Shown one piece after another: positions 21,127 to 29,935 of a stretch of DNA of 31,298 nucleotides. Position numbers and translations under genes: made by a program. The notes below the pieces were generated by a model that was not told the origin of the DNA, did no database searches, and worked only from the letters and a program-made list of their open reading frames with translations. Within the stretch, counting starts at the first letter, position 1; each line of letters begins with the position of its first letter. Origin of the DNA: an archaeon (GTDB lineage Archaea > AGJL01 > Methanococci > Methanococcales > Methanocaldococcaceae); the NCBI GenBank assembly GCA_024278985.1, contig JAJRSC010000028.1, forward strand, positions 1 through 31,298. Reading direction: 5' to 3'.

Positions 21127-22380
21127 GTGATGTTTATGGACTTAGAAAGATATTTAAAAATTGGAGAAAAGGAAGGTTATGAAGTAGAAGTTTTTTATGT
21201 AGAAGGAGAAAGTTTAGGAATTGATTTAGATGGGAAAAGTGTTGATACTTTTGAATATGATAAATCTTATGGTATAGGAATTAGAGTAAAAAAAGACAAT
21301 AAAATAGGATTTGCATATTCTAATAAATTAGATGAATCTTTAATTTATAAAGCAATGAAAAATTTGGTTTATGATGAATATACAACATTTTCATATCCTC
21401 AAAAATATCCCAACCCTAAAATATTTAGTAAAAAAGTTTATGATTTAAAAGAAAATGATTTATTGGAGTTATTGTGTGAAATGAGAGATATTGCATTAGA
21501 AAAGGGTGAAGTTTTAAGTGGAGGAGTTAGTAAGTCATATGATAAAGTAAGAATATTAAACAGTAATGGTGTAGATATTGAAGAAGAATCTACATATTTC
21601 TCAGCATCTATTTCTGTTATGATAGAGGATGAGCCAGCTTATGAGTATAAGAGTAGTATAGATATTTTTGATGTTAAAGAGATTAGTGAAAAGGCAATAA
21701 AATTAGCAGAGTTGTCTAAAAAAGGAGAAAAGATTAATTATAAAGGGACTATAATTTTATCTCCAAGAGCCTTAAGAGGACTTTTAGGATATACATTTAT
21801 TCCTGCATTTGTAGCAGAAAATGTTCAAAGAGGTAGAAGTTATTTAGCCAATAAAATAGGTGAAGTAATTTTTAATGAGAATATTAATATTGTAGATGAT
21901 GGAACTATTGATTATTATTTAAATTCTGGAAAATGTGATGGTGAAGGAGTGGCTACACAGAGAACTGTTTTAGTTGAGAAAGGAATATTAAAAAACTATT
22001 TATATGATATAAAAAGAGCCAATAAAGAAAAAAAATATTCTACAGGCAATGGAATGAGAGGATATAATACATTACCTTACATATCTCCAACAAACTTTAT
22101 TATTGAGGAAGGTAAAGAAGATAAAGAAAGTTTTTCAGAATATTTATATATTAATGATGTTATAGGAGCACATACCTCCAACCCAATAACAGGGGATTTT
22201 TCTGTTGAAATTCAGAACTCTTATTTATACAAAGATGGGGAAACTATACCAATAAAAAAAGGACTGTTTAGTGGAAATATATTTAAAATGTTTAAAGAGG
22301 CAAATCCTTTAAAAGGTTTAGAACAGAGAGGAAAATTAGTTTCTCCAGAGATAGCTTTTAATGGTGAAATAATATCTTAG
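21127..22380 (+). CDS. TldD/PmbA family protein
   Basis: GIGIRV..KIGFAY, DGEGVAT, STGNG and NPITGDFS motifs. Confidence 0.9.
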   Translation: MMFMDLERYLKIGEKEGYEVEVFYVEGESLGIDLDGKSVDTFEYDKSYGIGIRVKKDNKIGFAYSNKLDESLIYKAMKNLVYDEYTTFSYPQKYPNPKIFSKKVYDLKENDLLELLCEMRDIALEKGEVLSGGVSKSYDKVRILNSNGVDIEEESTYFSASISVMIEDEPAYEYKSSIDIFDVKEISEKAIKLAELSKKGEKINYKGTIILSPRALRGLLGYTFIPAFVAENVQRGRSYLANKIGEVIFNENINIVDDGTIDYYLNSGKCDGEGVATQRTVLVEKGILKNYLYDIKRANKEKKYSTGNGMRGYNTLPYISPTNFIIEEGKEDKESFSEYLYINDVIGAHTSNPITGDFSVEIQNSYLYKDGETIPIKKGLFSGNIFKMFKEANPLKGLEQRGKLVSPEIAFNGEIIS

Positions 22381-22978
22381 CAGGAATTATTTTAGCAGGA
22401 GGAAAAGGAAAAAGAATTGGAGGAAAAAAACCATTCAGGAACTTTAAAGGAAAAAACTTATTTATTATCCTTCAACTCTTTTTAAATCTTTAAATATTCC
22501 TTTTGTTACAGTTTTTCCAAAAAATAGTATTGATTTAGTAGAAGAAAATGAATATATTAAAAAATTTGGTATTGTAGCTTTTGATTTAATAGATAATATA
22601 GGTCCTTTAATGGGAATTTATGTAGGAATGCTAAATTTAAAATCTGATTGGTATTTAGTAGTTCCATGTGATACACCATTTATAAATAAAGAAGCAATTT
22701 TAAAAATTGCTAGTTATATAGATAAGGCTGAAAATAATTATGCTATAGTTCCAAAGTATAAAAATAACTATATTGAGCCACTTTTTTCTCTATACCATAA
22801 AAAAAGTTTAAAAATACTTCAACAAATTATATTAAAAAAAGGAAATTTATCAATAAAAAATTTTATTAATCATTTAAATCCAATATATATTAATGCTGAG
22901 AAATTTGGGAATATATTTTATAATGTTAATACTCCTGAGGAGTTAAAAAATGTTAAATTCTCTAAAATTAATAAATGA
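22374..22978 (+). pseudogene. mobA: Molybdenum cofactor guanylyltransferase MobA, split by a -1 frameshift at A6 run 22451-22456
   Basis: 5' frame ILAGIILAGGKGKRIGGKKPF; the -1 frame continues LIYYPSTLFKSL...GPLMGI..VVPCDTPF..EPLFSLY..NVNTPEEL. Confidence 0.8.
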
Positions 22979-23564
22979 AAAAGAAGTTAAAATAAAAATT
23001 AAAAACTTTACATTAAAAGGATTTTCCTGTATAAATTTGGATACCTGTCTAGAAGAGTTATTTTTACTTACACTCTCTAAACTTAAATATAGAAGAGAAC
23101 TTTTAAATTTTGAAGATACTGAATTTATTAAGAACTTTACTAAAAAAATTGAACCAAAATTTAACAAAAAACCACATTTAAATAATGGGATTGTTTTTGA
23201 ACTTTGGGTCTATTATATGGTTATGGAATATTTTAAAAATAAAGATGTAAAAATTTTAAGAAATGTAGATGTTAGATATAATGGAAATAATATAACTGAA
23301 ATTGATTTATTTGTTGAATATAATAATAATTATTTCATTTTTGAATGTAAAAATAAATTTGTGGGGAGTAATACTATATTTAAGTTATTTGGAATTATGA
23401 AAATTTTAGATATTTGTAATGGTGTTATTGCTACAACTAAAAAATTTAAATGGAATTTAGAAAAAGAAGATATATTAAAAGAATGTAATATCTATATATT
23501 AGATGAACTTTTAGAAAAAGATAAAAACAGAATATTTAAAGAATTAAAAGATATCTTTAAATAA
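22950..23564 (+). CDS. PD-(D/E)XK nuclease-fold protein
   Basis: G..FE..V, EIDLFV and FIFECK motif spacing. Confidence 0.65.
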   Translation: MLNSLKLINEKEVKIKIKNFTLKGFSCINLDTCLEELFLLTLSKLKYRRELLNFEDTEFIKNFTKKIEPKFNKKPHLNNGIVFELWVYYMVMEYFKNKDVKILRNVDVRYNGNNITEIDLFVEYNNNYFIFECKNKFVGSNTIFKLFGIMKILDICNGVIATTKKFKWNLEKEDILKECNIYILDELLEKDKNRIFKELKDIFK

Positions 23565-24525
23565 GTTCTCTTTTGACAACTTCCTTAGCCCAGTATGTAA
23601 TTATAAAATCAGCTCCTGCTCTTTTTATTGAATATAAAACTTCTCTTATTGCTTCATCTCTATTTATATAGTTAAGTTTTGCAGCTGCTTCAATCATTGA
23701 ATATTCTCCACTAACTGAATATCCTCCAATTGGCACATAAAACCTTTTTTTTGCTTCATTAATTATATCTAAGCAGGGTAAGGCTGGCTTAATTAAAACT
23801 AAGTCTGCTCCTTCTTCAATATCTAACTCTATCTCTTTTATTGCCTCTCTCTTGTTTCTTATATCCATTTGATAACTCCTTCTATCTCCAAATTTTGGGG
23901 CAGATTCTGCTGCTACTCTAAAAGGTCCATAAAAAGAAGATGCATATTTAGCAGAATAACTCATAATTATAGTATCTGTAAATCCCTCTTTCTCTAAGAT
24001 TTCTCTTATTGCTCTAACTCTTCTATCCATCATATCAGAAGGAGCTATAACATCTGCCCCTGCTTCAGCATAGTTTAGGGCAATTTTTTGTAAAATTTTT
24101 AGAGTTTCATCATTTACTATTTTCCCATTTTTTACTATTCCACAATGTCCGTGTATGGTATATTCACATAAACAACAGTCGGCAATAACTAAAATTTCAT
24201 CTCCAAGTTCATCCTTAATTTTTCTTATAGTTTTCTCAATAACATTATTTTTTTTGTAGGCTGAAGTTCCATATTCATCTTTTTCTTTTGGAATTCCAAA
24301 TAATATAACCCCTGGAATCCCTAAATCAGCAATTTCCTTAACTTCTTCAACAGCTAAATCAACACTAAACCTATATTGGTTAGGCATGGAAGGAATTTCT
24401 TTCTTATCTTTTATATTTTCATCTACAAATATGGGCATAATTAAATCATCTTTAGTTAAAGTAGTCTCTGCTACCAAGTCTCTAATTTTTTTATTTTGTC
24501 TTAATCTTCTTGGTCTTATAATCAT
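23557..24525 (-). CDS. hemB: Porphobilinogen synthase (ALAD)
   Basis: [40 protein letters not shown] and YSVSGEY motifs. Confidence 0.96.
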   Translation of the reverse strand: MIIRPRRLRQNKKIRDLVAETTLTKDDLIMPIFVDENIKDKKEIPSMPNQYRFSVDLAVEEVKEIADLGIPGVILFGIPKEKDEYGTSAYKKNNVIEKTIRKIKDELGDEILVIADCCLCEYTIHGHCGIVKNGKIVNDETLKILQKIALNYAEAGADVIAPSDMMDRRVRAIREILEKEGFTDTIIMSYSAKYASSFYGPFRVAAESAPKFGDRRSYQMDIRNKREAIKEIELDIEEGADLVLIKPALPCLDIINEAKKRFYVPIGGYSVSGEYSMIEAAAKLNYINRDEAIREVLYSIKRAGADFIITYWAKEVVKRELI

Positions 24526-24614
24526 AAGTTATCACTTTAATTTTTTATAATCATTAAATTTTTACTATTTGATATGTATTATATAAAATCTTAATCAATA
24601 AAAAGGGTGAGAAT

Positions 24615-26372
24615 TTGATATTAGCAATTATTGATTATGAAAGATGCCAACCTAAAAAATGTTCTTTAGAATGTATCAAATACTGCCCAGGAGTTAGAAT
24701 GGGAGAGAAAACTATAGAGTTGGATGAAAAAACTGGAAAACCTATTATATCTGAAGTTTTATGTTCTGGATGTGGAATTTGTGTAAAAAAATGTCCATTT
24801 AAAGCTATTTCAATAATTGGACTCCCTGAAGAGTTGGGAGAGGATAAAATAGTTCATTCTTATGGTCAAAATAGATTTAAACTATTTGGTTTAGTGGTGC
24901 CAAGAGATGGGGTAGTTGGTATTATTGGACAAAATGCCATTGGTAAATCAACAGTTTTAAGAATATTAGCTGGGGAGTTAATTCCAAATTTAGGAAGAGA
25001 GGATAATGTTAGTTATGACGAGGTTATAAAACATTTTAGAGGGACAGAATTACAAAGTTATTTTGAACTGTTAAAAAATAAAAAAATTAAACCAATTCAT
25101 AAAGTTCAGTATGTTGATATCCTTCCAAAAGTTGTTAAGGGTAAAGTTGGAGAACTATTAAAAAAGGTAGATGAAAAAGGGAAATTTAATGAAGTTGTTA
25201 AAAAGTTAGAACTTGAAAATATTTTAGATAGAGAACTTTCTCAATTATCTGGAGGAGAACTTCAAAGAGTTGCCATAGCTGCAGCTTATTTAAGAAATGG
25301 AGATATATACTTCTTTGATGAACCTTCTTCTTGGTTAGATATAAAACAAAGATTTAACATGGCTAAACTTGTTAGAGAACTTAATAGAGTTATTGTAGTT
25401 GAGCATGATTTAATAGTTCTTGACTATTTATCTGATTATATCCATATTATGTATGGGGTACCATCTGCTTATGGTATTGTTTCACTACCTAAGAGTGTTA
25501 GGATAGGGATAAATGAATATTTATTAGGAGAGTTAAAAGAAGAAAATATAAGATTTAGAAAAGAACCTATAATATTTGAAAAAAGGGCTGTTATTGACTA
25601 TAAAAATAGACCTATTCTTTTGAAATACTCTTCAGTTAAAAAAACTTTGGATACTTTTAAGTTGTATGTTGAAGGAGGAACTATATATAAGGGAGAAGTT
25701 ATTGGAATTCTTGGATCTAATGGAATAGGAAAAACAACATTTATAAAAATATTGGCAGGAGTTATAAAACCAGATGAGGGGGAGGTTATTAAAGATAAGG
25801 ATATTAAAGTCTCATACAAACCACAATATATAACTCCTGATTTTGATGGAACTGTTGAAGAACTTTTAAGTTCAGTAACTAATATCCATTCATCATATTA
25901 CAAATCAGAAATATTAACTCCTTTACAACTTGAGAAACTATTAGATAGAGAAGTTAAAAAACTATCTGGGGGAGAACTTCAAAGAGTTGCTATTGCTCTA
26001 TGTTTAAGTAGAGAGGCAGATATTTATTTATTAGATGAACCTTCAGCATTTTTAGATGTTGAACAAAGATTAGCTGTCTCAAAGGTTATAAGAAGAATTG
26101 CAGATGAAAAAGAGGCTGGTGTGTTTGTAGTTGACCATGATATTCTTTTCCAAGATTATATATCAGATAGATTTATAGTTTTCTCAGGAATTCCTGGAGT
26201 CGAAGGAACTGGTAGTTCTCCACTAAATAAAAGAGAGGGAGCCAATAGATTTTTAAAAGAAATGGGAATAACATTTAGAAGAGACCCAGAAACTGGAAGA
26301 CCAAGAGCTAATAAAGAAGGTAGTCAAAAAGATATACTACAAAAAGAAAAAGGAGAATACTATTATGAATAA
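24615..26372 (+). CDS. Ribosome recycling ATPase ABCE1/RLI
   Basis: N-terminal Fe-S domain (CQPKKC..C..C, CSGCGICVKKCPF), two LSGGELQR ABC domains, and TFRRDPETGRPRANK. Confidence 0.96.
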   Translation: MILAIIDYERCQPKKCSLECIKYCPGVRMGEKTIELDEKTGKPIISEVLCSGCGICVKKCPFKAISIIGLPEELGEDKIVHSYGQNRFKLFGLVVPRDGVVGIIGQNAIGKSTVLRILAGELIPNLGREDNVSYDEVIKHFRGTELQSYFELLKNKKIKPIHKVQYVDILPKVVKGKVGELLKKVDEKGKFNEVVKKLELENILDRELSQLSGGELQRVAIAAAYLRNGDIYFFDEPSSWLDIKQRFNMAKLVRELNRVIVVEHDLIVLDYLSDYIHIMYGVPSAYGIVSLPKSVRIGINEYLLGELKEENIRFRKEPIIFEKRAVIDYKNRPILLKYSSVKKTLDTFKLYVEGGTIYKGEVIGILGSNGIGKTTFIKILAGVIKPDEGEVIKDKDIKVSYKPQYITPDFDGTVEELLSSVTNIHSSYYKSEILTPLQLEKLLDREVKKLSGGELQRVAIALCLSREADIYLLDEPSAFLDVEQRLAVSKVIRRIADEKEAGVFVVDHDILFQDYISDRFIVFSGIPGVEGTGSSPLNKREGANRFLKEMGITFRRDPETGRPRANKEGSQKDILQKEKGEYYYE

Positions 26373-26384
26373 ATTGGGATTATA

Positions 26385-27179
26385 ATGAGAGCAGAAATTA
26401 TATTTCTTGGGTCAGGGGGAGGGAGATGGGCTACAATAACACAAAAAAAACCTACAGGAGGTTTTATAATTAATGTTGATAACCTTAGGATGCATGTTGA
26501 CCCAGGACCAGGGGCAATTGTAAGAGCAAATAAATTAAAATTATCTCCTTGGAAAACAAATGCCATTTTTGTATCTCATTGCCATCCAGACCATTATAAT
26601 GATGTGGAAGTGTTAATTGAGGCAATGACTGAGGGAATGGTAAAAAAAAGAGGTTATTTAATAGGAAGTTTAACAACTATAGAAGGTTATGGAAAATATG
26701 AGAAAGTAGTTTCAGATTATCACAAATCAAAAGTAAAAAATGTTGTTGTTATATATCCAAATGATAGTATTAATCTTTATGATAATGAATTAATTGCAAC
26801 TAAAACAAAACATGGAGACCCTTATGGAGTAGGTTTTAGATTAAAAACAAGATATGGAGATATTGGATATACTTCAGACACTGAAAAAATTGATTCTTTA
26901 ATAGATGATTTTGATGGGGTTAGGGTTCTAATAGCAAATATAACAAGAAAGAAAAATGAAAAAATTAGAGGACATTTATGTTCAAATGATATTATTGATA
27001 TAATAAACTCAATGAATAAAAAGCCAGAGTTATTGGTTATGTTTCATATGGGTCTGAAGATAACAAATCCAAAAAGTGAGGCAGAATATATTTCTAAAAA
27101 CACTGGAATTGAGGTTGTACCCTCAAAATTTGGATTAAAAATAGAGTTGATAGATGGAATATATAAAAGAATTTTATAA
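26385..27179 (+). CDS. MBL-fold metallohydrolase
   Basis: FLGSGGGR, DPGPG, SHCHPDH and YTSDT motifs. Confidence 0.9.
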   Translation: MRAEIIFLGSGGGRWATITQKKPTGGFIINVDNLRMHVDPGPGAIVRANKLKLSPWKTNAIFVSHCHPDHYNDVEVLIEAMTEGMVKKRGYLIGSLTTIEGYGKYEKVVSDYHKSKVKNVVVIYPNDSINLYDNELIATKTKHGDPYGVGFRLKTRYGDIGYTSDTEKIDSLIDDFDGVRVLIANITRKKNEKIRGHLCSNDIIDIINSMNKKPELLVMFHMGLKITNPKSEAEYISKNTGIEVVPSKFGLKIELIDGIYKRIL

Positions 27180-28709
27180 TTATTTATTTATATTTGCTCC
27201 AATATTAGAGTCATAATTGATTATCTCTCCTCTATAGTTGTTTATATTTCCTCCTGCAATAGTAGATTTTATAAATTCTATTATTTCATAATTATTAACA
27301 TTTAATGTTTCTATATATGAGTTTATAATTATTATAACCCCATTATTTTTTTGAATATCTAAATTTTGGACAGTACTATTTTCAATAATTAATAAACCAT
27401 TTCCATTAATTTGACCAGATATTTCCATATTGTTTATATCTCCTCCAACTATATATAACTCTGCATTTCCTTTAATATCTCTAATTTTTATATCATTTAT
27501 AGTTTTATTAGTTAAATTGACATTTACATTTCCAGTTATATCTCCTATTTCTATAACTTTTTTATTAAATGCTTTATTTGTTATAAAGTACAGAGTGTTA
27601 ATATCTTTAATACTATCAAAATCTATATTTGAATTTCCATTTAATCTTAAATATAAGTTATTTATATATTTAATATTACCTAAGTATAAATCTCCATTAC
27701 CATTTACTTTAATTCTTCCATTATTTATAACTCCTTCTAAGTTAAAAAAGTATATTCTATTTCCTGGGACATGAATATCTATATCTGGGCCAATATATTT
27801 AGCCCCATCTATAGGATTACTTTGCATTTTTAAATATCCATTACCATTTATTTTTATAAATAATCCTTCAACTTCAGCAGTACCATTTTCATCGGTATTA
27901 TTTATAGTTGATGGATAATTAATTCCAATAACTACACTAATATTATTATTGTTTTCATTAATTTCATTTATTACATTAGTAGAATCAACTGATACGGTTA
28001 TATTGTGATAATATTCTTCTTCTGTATTATTTTCGTTTCCATATCTATATGTGTTTCCATATTCATTTCCATTTCTATGCCTGTATCCATGCCCTGTATG
28101 TGTTGAGATTATATAATCAAAAGTAACAGTTTTTATTTCATTAACTGCTAATCCATCAACTGTTTTATTTTCAATTGGTATTCCATTGTCATATAATGTT
28201 ACAATAAATTGTTTAGAAACATTTGCTGTTCCTTGGTTGGTTATATTAACCTCAATTATTACAGGAGTATTATTATCACATTTTCCATGTCTACATCTAT
28301 TTTGTAGTTGAGTATCTTCTCCACTATTTTGTACTCTTTCTTTATATTGACCACAAATATGTTCTTTTGTATTATTATCTATTATTACTAAACTAATTGG
28401 TACTAAGTCAGGTAAGTTAATAGTTTCATTATTAGTAATGTTTTGTTCAGTTGTTGTATTATTTGTGTTATTATTTTCAGTTGTTTCATTTATAATAGTT
28501 TCCTTATTAGTAATATTCTTCCCTGCTGTAGAAAAATTATATCTTTTAATATATATACTACCCACTTCTTTTTTAACTTCTTTTACAGCTTCTCCTTTAA
28601 ATAAATAATCTGAGCCTATTTGACTTACTACAATTGCTCCTCCTACTAATACCACAAGCATTAATATTATAAATTCTAAAGATAGTTGTCCTCTTTTAAA
28701 TCTTAACAT
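27180..28709 (-). CDS. Class III signal peptide (pilin-like) surface protein with CARDB-like Ig domain and Asn/Gly repeat C-terminus
   Basis: KRGQLSLEF plus a hydrophobic stretch; LPDLVP..NITNQGT..VDSTNVINEINENNN (CARDB-like); repeated (I/V/L)xGN motifs. Confidence 0.8.
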   Translation of the reverse strand: MLRFKRGQLSLEFIILMLVVLVGGAIVVSQIGSDYLFKGEAVKEVKKEVGSIYIKRYNFSTAGKNITNKETIINETTENNNTNNTTTEQNITNNETINLPDLVPISLVIIDNNTKEHICGQYKERVQNSGEDTQLQNRCRHGKCDNNTPVIIEVNITNQGTANVSKQFIVTLYDNGIPIENKTVDGLAVNEIKTVTFDYIISTHTGHGYRHRNGNEYGNTYRYGNENNTEEEYYHNITVSVDSTNVINEINENNNNISVVIGINYPSTINNTDENGTAEVEGLFIKINGNGYLKMQSNPIDGAKYIGPDIDIHVPGNRIYFFNLEGVINNGRIKVNGNGDLYLGNIKYINNLYLRLNGNSNIDFDSIKDINTLYFITNKAFNKKVIEIGDITGNVNVNLTNKTINDIKIRDIKGNAELYIVGGDINNMEISGQINGNGLLIIENSTVQNLDIQKNNGVIIIINSYIETLNVNNYEIIEFIKSTIAGGNINNYRGEIINYDSNIGANINK

Positions 28710-28829
28710 TGTGCATCACCATAAAATATTTAAGATTTTTTCTTATAATAATTATATTATTATGTCCTATTATATTTAAATTTACTTTAGTATAATTACA
28801 TATTTGAATACTAGGACGTGGTGGATTTT

Positions 28830-29849
28830 ATGAAGCTTACAGAGTTGGTAAAACTACATGGTTGAGCTTGTAAGCTCCCCAGTACTGAGCTTGAAGTTTT
28901 AGTTGAGGGTATCGTTAAAGAAGAAGATATAAAAGATTTGTTAGTTGGATTGGGTGATGATGCAGCAGTTATAAAAAAAGGGGAAATAGTTATAGCTAAA
29001 ACTGTTGATGTTTTTACTCCAATAGTAGATAACCCCTATATTCAGGGAAAAATTACTGCCTGTAATGTGTTAAGTGACATTTATGCTATGGGTTTATCAG
29101 AAGTTATTGGAGTTTTGGCTATTGTAGGAATTCCAGAAAAATTACCATTAAATATGGTTAAAGAAATGTTAAAAGGATTTCAAGATTTTTGTAGAGAAGA
29201 TGGAACTTCTATTATTGGAGGACATACTATTTTAAACCCTTGGCCACTAATTGGTGGAGCAGCTACAGGAGTTGGTAAAGAGGAGGAAGTTTTAACTAAG
29301 GGAGGAGCTAAAGAGGGTGATGTTTTAATATTAACTAAACCTCTTGGAACTCAGCCAGCTATGGCTTTATCAAGAGTTCCAGAGGAATTTTTAGAATTTT
29401 TAAATATATCTAAAGAAGAAAAGGAAGAAATCATAAATAAGGCTATAAAGTTAATGACTACCTCTAACAAAAAGGCACTATTAGCCTTAAGAAAAGCAGA
29501 GAAAAAAGTTGGAGATAAAATAGCAAATGCTTTAACAGATGTTACTGGTTTTGGAATTTTAGGACATAGTAATGACATTGCTAAATTTAGTAAGGTAGAT
29601 ATTATTATTGATACACTTCCTTGTATAAAAGGAACTCCTAAGTTAAGTAAGGAGTTTGGTCATGCTTTATTAGAGGGATACGCTGCTGAAACTGCTGGAG
29701 GATTATTAATTTCAGCTAAGAGAGAATACAAGGATGATTTAATTAATGAACTTGAAAAAGTTGCATATGCCTTTGAAGTTGGATATGTTAAGAAAGGAAA
29801 AGAATTTAAAGCTAAGTTAAGTAAAGATGTAAAAATTATAGAAGTTTAA
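28830..29849 (+). CDS. selD: Selenide, water dikinase (selenophosphate synthetase), a selenoprotein with UGA-Sec at 28863-28865
   Basis: MKLTELVKLHG-U-ACKLP is in frame with GDDAAV, TVDVFTP, GGHT, LTKPLG and DVTGFGILGH; GGTGG RBS; SECIS downstream. Confidence 0.96.
28875..28892 (+). repeat. 5' arm of an 18-bp perfect inverted repeat (partner 29848-29865)
   Basis: CTCCCCAGTACTGAGCTT. Confidence 0.95.
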
Positions 29850-29865
29850 GCTCAGTACTGGGGAG
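29848..29865 (+). repeat. 3' arm of an 18-bp perfect inverted repeat (partner 28875-28892)
   Basis: AAGCTCAGTACTGGGGAG, the exact reverse complement of the 5' arm. Confidence 0.95.
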
Positions 29866-29900
29866 AACTAAAGAAGATTTTAAGTAATGTTATGATAGTG

Positions 29901-29935
29901 AAGCACACCGAACCCTTATTTAGGGAGGTGTGCTT
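29901..29935 (+). promoter_or_regulatory. Archaeal SECIS element in the selD 3' UTR
   Basis: AAGCACACC-GAA-CCCT-TATTT-AGGG-A-GGTGTGCTT: 9-bp lower stem, GAA/A internal loop and C-G upper stem, matching the Methanococcales SECIS consensus. Confidence 0.93.

Noticed and set aside
2520-29578. Antisense or nested ORFs in the track (e.g. 2520-2705, 3068-3448, 3959-4222, 4483-4692, 7446-7787, 7932-8495, 9078-9350, 13109-13405, 15801-16061, 19161-19871, 27430-27774, 29351-29578)
   Set aside because: They lie opposite well-supported genes, have Ser/Phe/Ile-rich shadow composition, and show no recognisable motifs.
28875-29865. Transposon or MITE terminal inverted repeats around selD
   Set aside because: One arm encodes conserved SelD residues (LPSTEL), and there is no transposase, recombinase or target-site duplication. 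RNA pairing fits the geometry better.
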